Shown: in pieces, positions 7,449 through 10,008 of the stretch | How positions within the stretch are numbered: position 1 is the first letter of the stretch | How the letters are laid out: every line of letters begins with the position of its first letter | Source: Armatimonadia bacterium | GTDB lineage: Bacteria > Armatimonadota > Zipacnadia > Zipacnadales > UBA11051 | Assembly: GCA_039683575.1 (NCBI GenBank) | Contig: JBDKRC010000161.1 | Coordinates: forward strand, 1 to 10,008 | Direction: 5' to 3' | Length of the DNA stretch: 10,008 bases | Position numbers and translations under genes: made by a program | Notes under the pieces: model-generated | What the model saw: only the letters and a program-made list of their open reading frames with translations | What the model was told of the DNA's origin: nothing | The model's database searches: none

Positions 7449-10008
7449 CTACCGCTCGCTCACCACTGCCTGTGCCAGTTCCAGGAAACGCTGGCGTGAG
7501 GCTTCGGACAGAGCTCGGAAGCGCTCAATCAGCCCTTCCACCTCAAGTGCCCCCAGGCGAGCCTCAACGCGTTGGAGCAGTTCAGATAGGTGCAGTCGGT
7601 GCTGCTCGGTGAGAATGGCGGGAGGCTGAAGCAGTCTCATCCTTAGCTGGTTCGCTTCTGCCGCTGTGCCGCCGTCAAGCCGAGGCATCTCCGCCTCGAC
7701 CAGTTCTGTCCACCGTGTACTCTCCTCTTCGCGACGACAAGCTATCTGCCCGGCTATGGCCCCGACAACCGCCGAAGGCGGCCACGGCACCTCACCTTCG
7801 CCAACGAGCTCTGTGGCTTCTTGCTCCAGTCGCGCGCCCAGCGAAGCGAACTCGTCCCACGCCAGGTTCGGGCTGTCCAGTTGCTGGTAGCAGCGCTGGT
7901 ACATATGCAGCGCTCGTCGCATCAGGAGCAAATCATCCAGATCCTTCTCGCAGCCTTCGAAGGCCGTCGTCAGCCGCTCGACTTCGTCGAGCAGCGCGTC
8001 AAGCTCAGCGCCAGACTGCAACTGTCGCTCCCAGAGGGCCGCAGCTCGGTTCGTGAGCGCTGTCCGAGCTGCCTTCAGCATCCCTGCGAACGCAGTGACC
8101 CTGCCACGCAGTTCATCCAGATCAGGTCTGGGGACTGCCGCCGCTGTGGTCTGCAGCCTCCCGACGTAACTCTTGGCTGCCTTGCCTAGATGGCGGAGGC
8201 GTAGCATTTTCGCGCCCTGAGCGGTGGCCGAGTTCTGGTCAAGCCAACCATTCACCTCGGCCACCAGTTGCTGCGCTTGCGCCGCCGCCTCGACTGTGCG
8301 CAGGGCAGTTGCCACGTGCCTGTCGACGGCCTCATACTGCTCCTGGAGCTTGAGGTGCTTCAGGGCGCTACCCAACTGCTCGAGCATCCGGTGCTGATAC
8401 CTGCTTATGTCAACCGGATCTGCGCTGTGCAGTGCTTGGTCAGGTAGCCATTCTGGGAGGAGCTGTATGACCTCTTGCCGTGCCCGCTCTACGAGTGGTG
8501 TGAGCTCCTGCCGTTGTTCGTCTGACCAAGCCGCAGCTTCCTTTGACATACGGGCCTGCAAGCCCAGCAGTGCACTCGCGCCAGACGCGATGTGGATGAC
8601 GTTGGATGCCTCTTCGCCCCTGCTGATGCTCCTCAGGGCGCTGTCTTGCGCCTCCTCCATCTCCTGGAACGTTCTGAATGCTGCTTCTGCTTGCTGAATG
8701 AAGTGCAGGGAACGGTATTTCAGAGCTGGCGGTACCGGCACACGCTGCTCGAGTTCGTACGCCCGTTTCCGGCACTCGATCCTGCCGTAATGGGTAGTCT
8801 CTGCCTCCCACTCATCAAGCAGTTGCTCCCATTCTGATGAGGTCTCGCCAGCTGTAGTCAGTTCGACATCCTGCAGAGCGGCCAAGTCCAGGGCTTTGCC
8901 CTGGAACGCCCCATCCTGCAGCAGGGCACTCACCGCGTGCTGTTGGCCATCCCTCACCACCACGAGGTTCTCTAACCTTGGCGCGACGAAGACGCCAAAC
9001 AGAAGCGCGGCAGATGCGACGTTGGCACCGAACGGTGGAAGACACGCCGCACGCAGTTCATGCCCCACTAGGAATGGTTTCTCTTGCGACTGCAGGGTAG
9101 CGTCCCACTTCTGCACGATGGACTTGGCCGCTGACTGTGCTGGGCGCCGGGATACCGCGCCGCCACCCGTAAACACCTTCCAGTTATCGCTCAAGACGGA
9201 GACGGCACGGTTTTTGATCCTCGGCGGCTTGTTGATGACCACGTCGTAGTCGAGTTTGCCCTGCAGTAGCTCGCCCACCAGTTGTTGGCAGTCGTCGGCA
9301 GCGTTCCCACGTGCGGTACTGAAGCCGTCGAATGGGAAAGGCAGAGGGGTCTTGTAGATGGCCGACAGAAGCTCGGTACCAGCACGCGCTATGCGCGTCT
9401 CCTTCAGGTCCTCGGGAAGGGCTGTGACGTACTGATGCTGCCGAATTAGCGTCCCGACGTGGTTGCGGAGCATTCCCAGTGTCTTCTCTTTGTGTGCTCC
9501 GATCAGGTTGCCGAAGCGTGCCTTGTCCTCCTCGCTTAGCTTCTCTTCAAGCACAGCAAGCTCAGCTAACGCCTGACCGAGAACACCCTCCTCGTCGGCC
9601 AGCAGTACCACCAGGACAGGCGGGACCGGCATTCCCACGCCGCGCCCCAGAGTGCGGAGCAAGCGTGCGGTCTTGTCACCGACGGCGGCAGGATCTCGGT
9701 TCTGCTCCAGATAGCAGTAGACCACTGTGCCCCTGGGCTCGTCTACAGCTACGGCTTTGGCGCAGCGCTCCACGGCTATGCGGAGCCGGACCTCCAGCGT
9801 CTTCGCGTTTGAGGTTACAGCCTCGAGGTACCACTCGCGCGTCGAGATCGAGTTGCTCTCGCCGAAGTCGCAGTTGACCTCGCCAAGTAGGTCGCACCAC
9901 GTAGCGGCACGGCGGACGAACAGGTCCGCCCTGGCCTGCAGGTCGAAGGAACTCCCGACAGTTCGGCGCAGGAACGCCAAAAACTGGGTCCGAGGGACGG
10001 CATCACCC
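7449..10008 (-). CDS. Large protein (>850 aa, 5' end outside the window); possibly the C-terminal part of a BrxC/SspC-like ATPase
   Basis: The frame stays open to the window edge (GDAVPRTQFLAFLRR...), so the TTG at 9980 is probably not the real start. The sequence is protein-like: an alpha/beta part followed by a long helical C-terminus. LPPFGANxxxxxLLFGVF...LVVVRDG (~8950-9045) recalls the PP(Y/F)G segment of BrxC/SspC-type proteins. No Walker motifs are visible in this part. The CDS is solid; the family call is weak (~0.4). Confidence 0.85.
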   Translation of the reverse strand, partial: GDAVPRTQFLAFLRRTVGSSFDLQARADLFVRRAATWCDLLGEVNCDFGESNSISTREWYLEAVTSNAKTLEVRLRIAVERCAKAVAVDEPRGTVVYCYLEQNRDPAAVGDKTARLLRTLGRGVGMPVPPVLVVLLADEEGVLGQALAELAVLEEKLSEEDKARFGNLIGAHKEKTLGMLRNHVGTLIRQHQYVTALPEDLKETRIARAGTELLSAIYKTPLPFPFDGFSTARGNAADDCQQLVGELLQGKLDYDVVINKPPRIKNRAVSVLSDNWKVFTGGGAVSRRPAQSAAKSIVQKWDATLQSQEKPFLVGHELRAACLPPFGANVASAALLFGVFVAPRLENLVVVRDGQQHAVSALLQDGAFQGKALDLAALQDVELTTAGETSSEWEQLLDEWEAETTHYGRIECRKRAYELEQRVPVPPALKYRSLHFIQQAEAAFRTFQEMEEAQDSALRSISRGEEASNVIHIASGASALLGLQARMSKEAAAWSDEQRQELTPLVERARQEVIQLLPEWLPDQALHSADPVDISRYQHRMLEQLGSALKHLKLQEQYEAVDRHVATALRTVEAAAQAQQLVAEVNGWLDQNSATAQGAKMLRLRHLGKAAKSYVGRLQTTAAAVPRPDLDELRGRVTAFAGMLKAARTALTNRAAALWERQLQSGAELDALLDEVERLTTAFEGCEKDLDDLLLMRRALHMYQRCYQQLDSPNLAWDEFASLGARLEQEATELVGEGEVPWPPSAVVGAIAGQIACRREEESTRWTELVEAEMPRLDGGTAAEANQLRMRLLQPPAILTEQHRLHLSELLQRVEARLGALEVEGLIERFRALSEASRQRFLELAQAVVSER

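Noticed and set aside
1-10008. CRISPR array, IS element, integrase, rRNA or tRNA
   Set aside because: No regularly spaced repeats, terminal inverted repeats, transposase/integrase motifs or RNA gene signatures were seen by eye.

Overview
This is a GC-rich bacterial window in which every credible gene lies on the minus strand. In transcription order (right to left): (1) the 3' ~850 codons of a very large, mostly helical protein that runs off the right edge and is tentatively BrxC/SspC-like; (2) 25 bp downstream, a 491-aa SAM-dependent methyltransferase-like protein that matches, from recall, the DNA phosphorothioation-associated putative methyltransferase family (TIGR04096); (3) a ~1.1 kb gap holding a short, triply frameshifted relic of a YhaO/SbcD-type phosphoesterase gene with its own RBS and a candidate promoter; (4) an intact, translationally coupled Mre11/SbcD-like nuclease and Rad50/SbcC-like ATPase pair, the ATPase lacking a CxxC zinc hook; (5) ~900 bp of higher-GC, apparently non-coding, hairpin-rich DNA. 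The window looks like the distal end of a defence/DNA-modification island. The most interesting hypothesis is a phosphorothioation/BREX-4-like module with a methyltransferase and a neighbouring nuclease-SMC-like ATPase pair. Family assignments come from motif recognition only; no searches were run.
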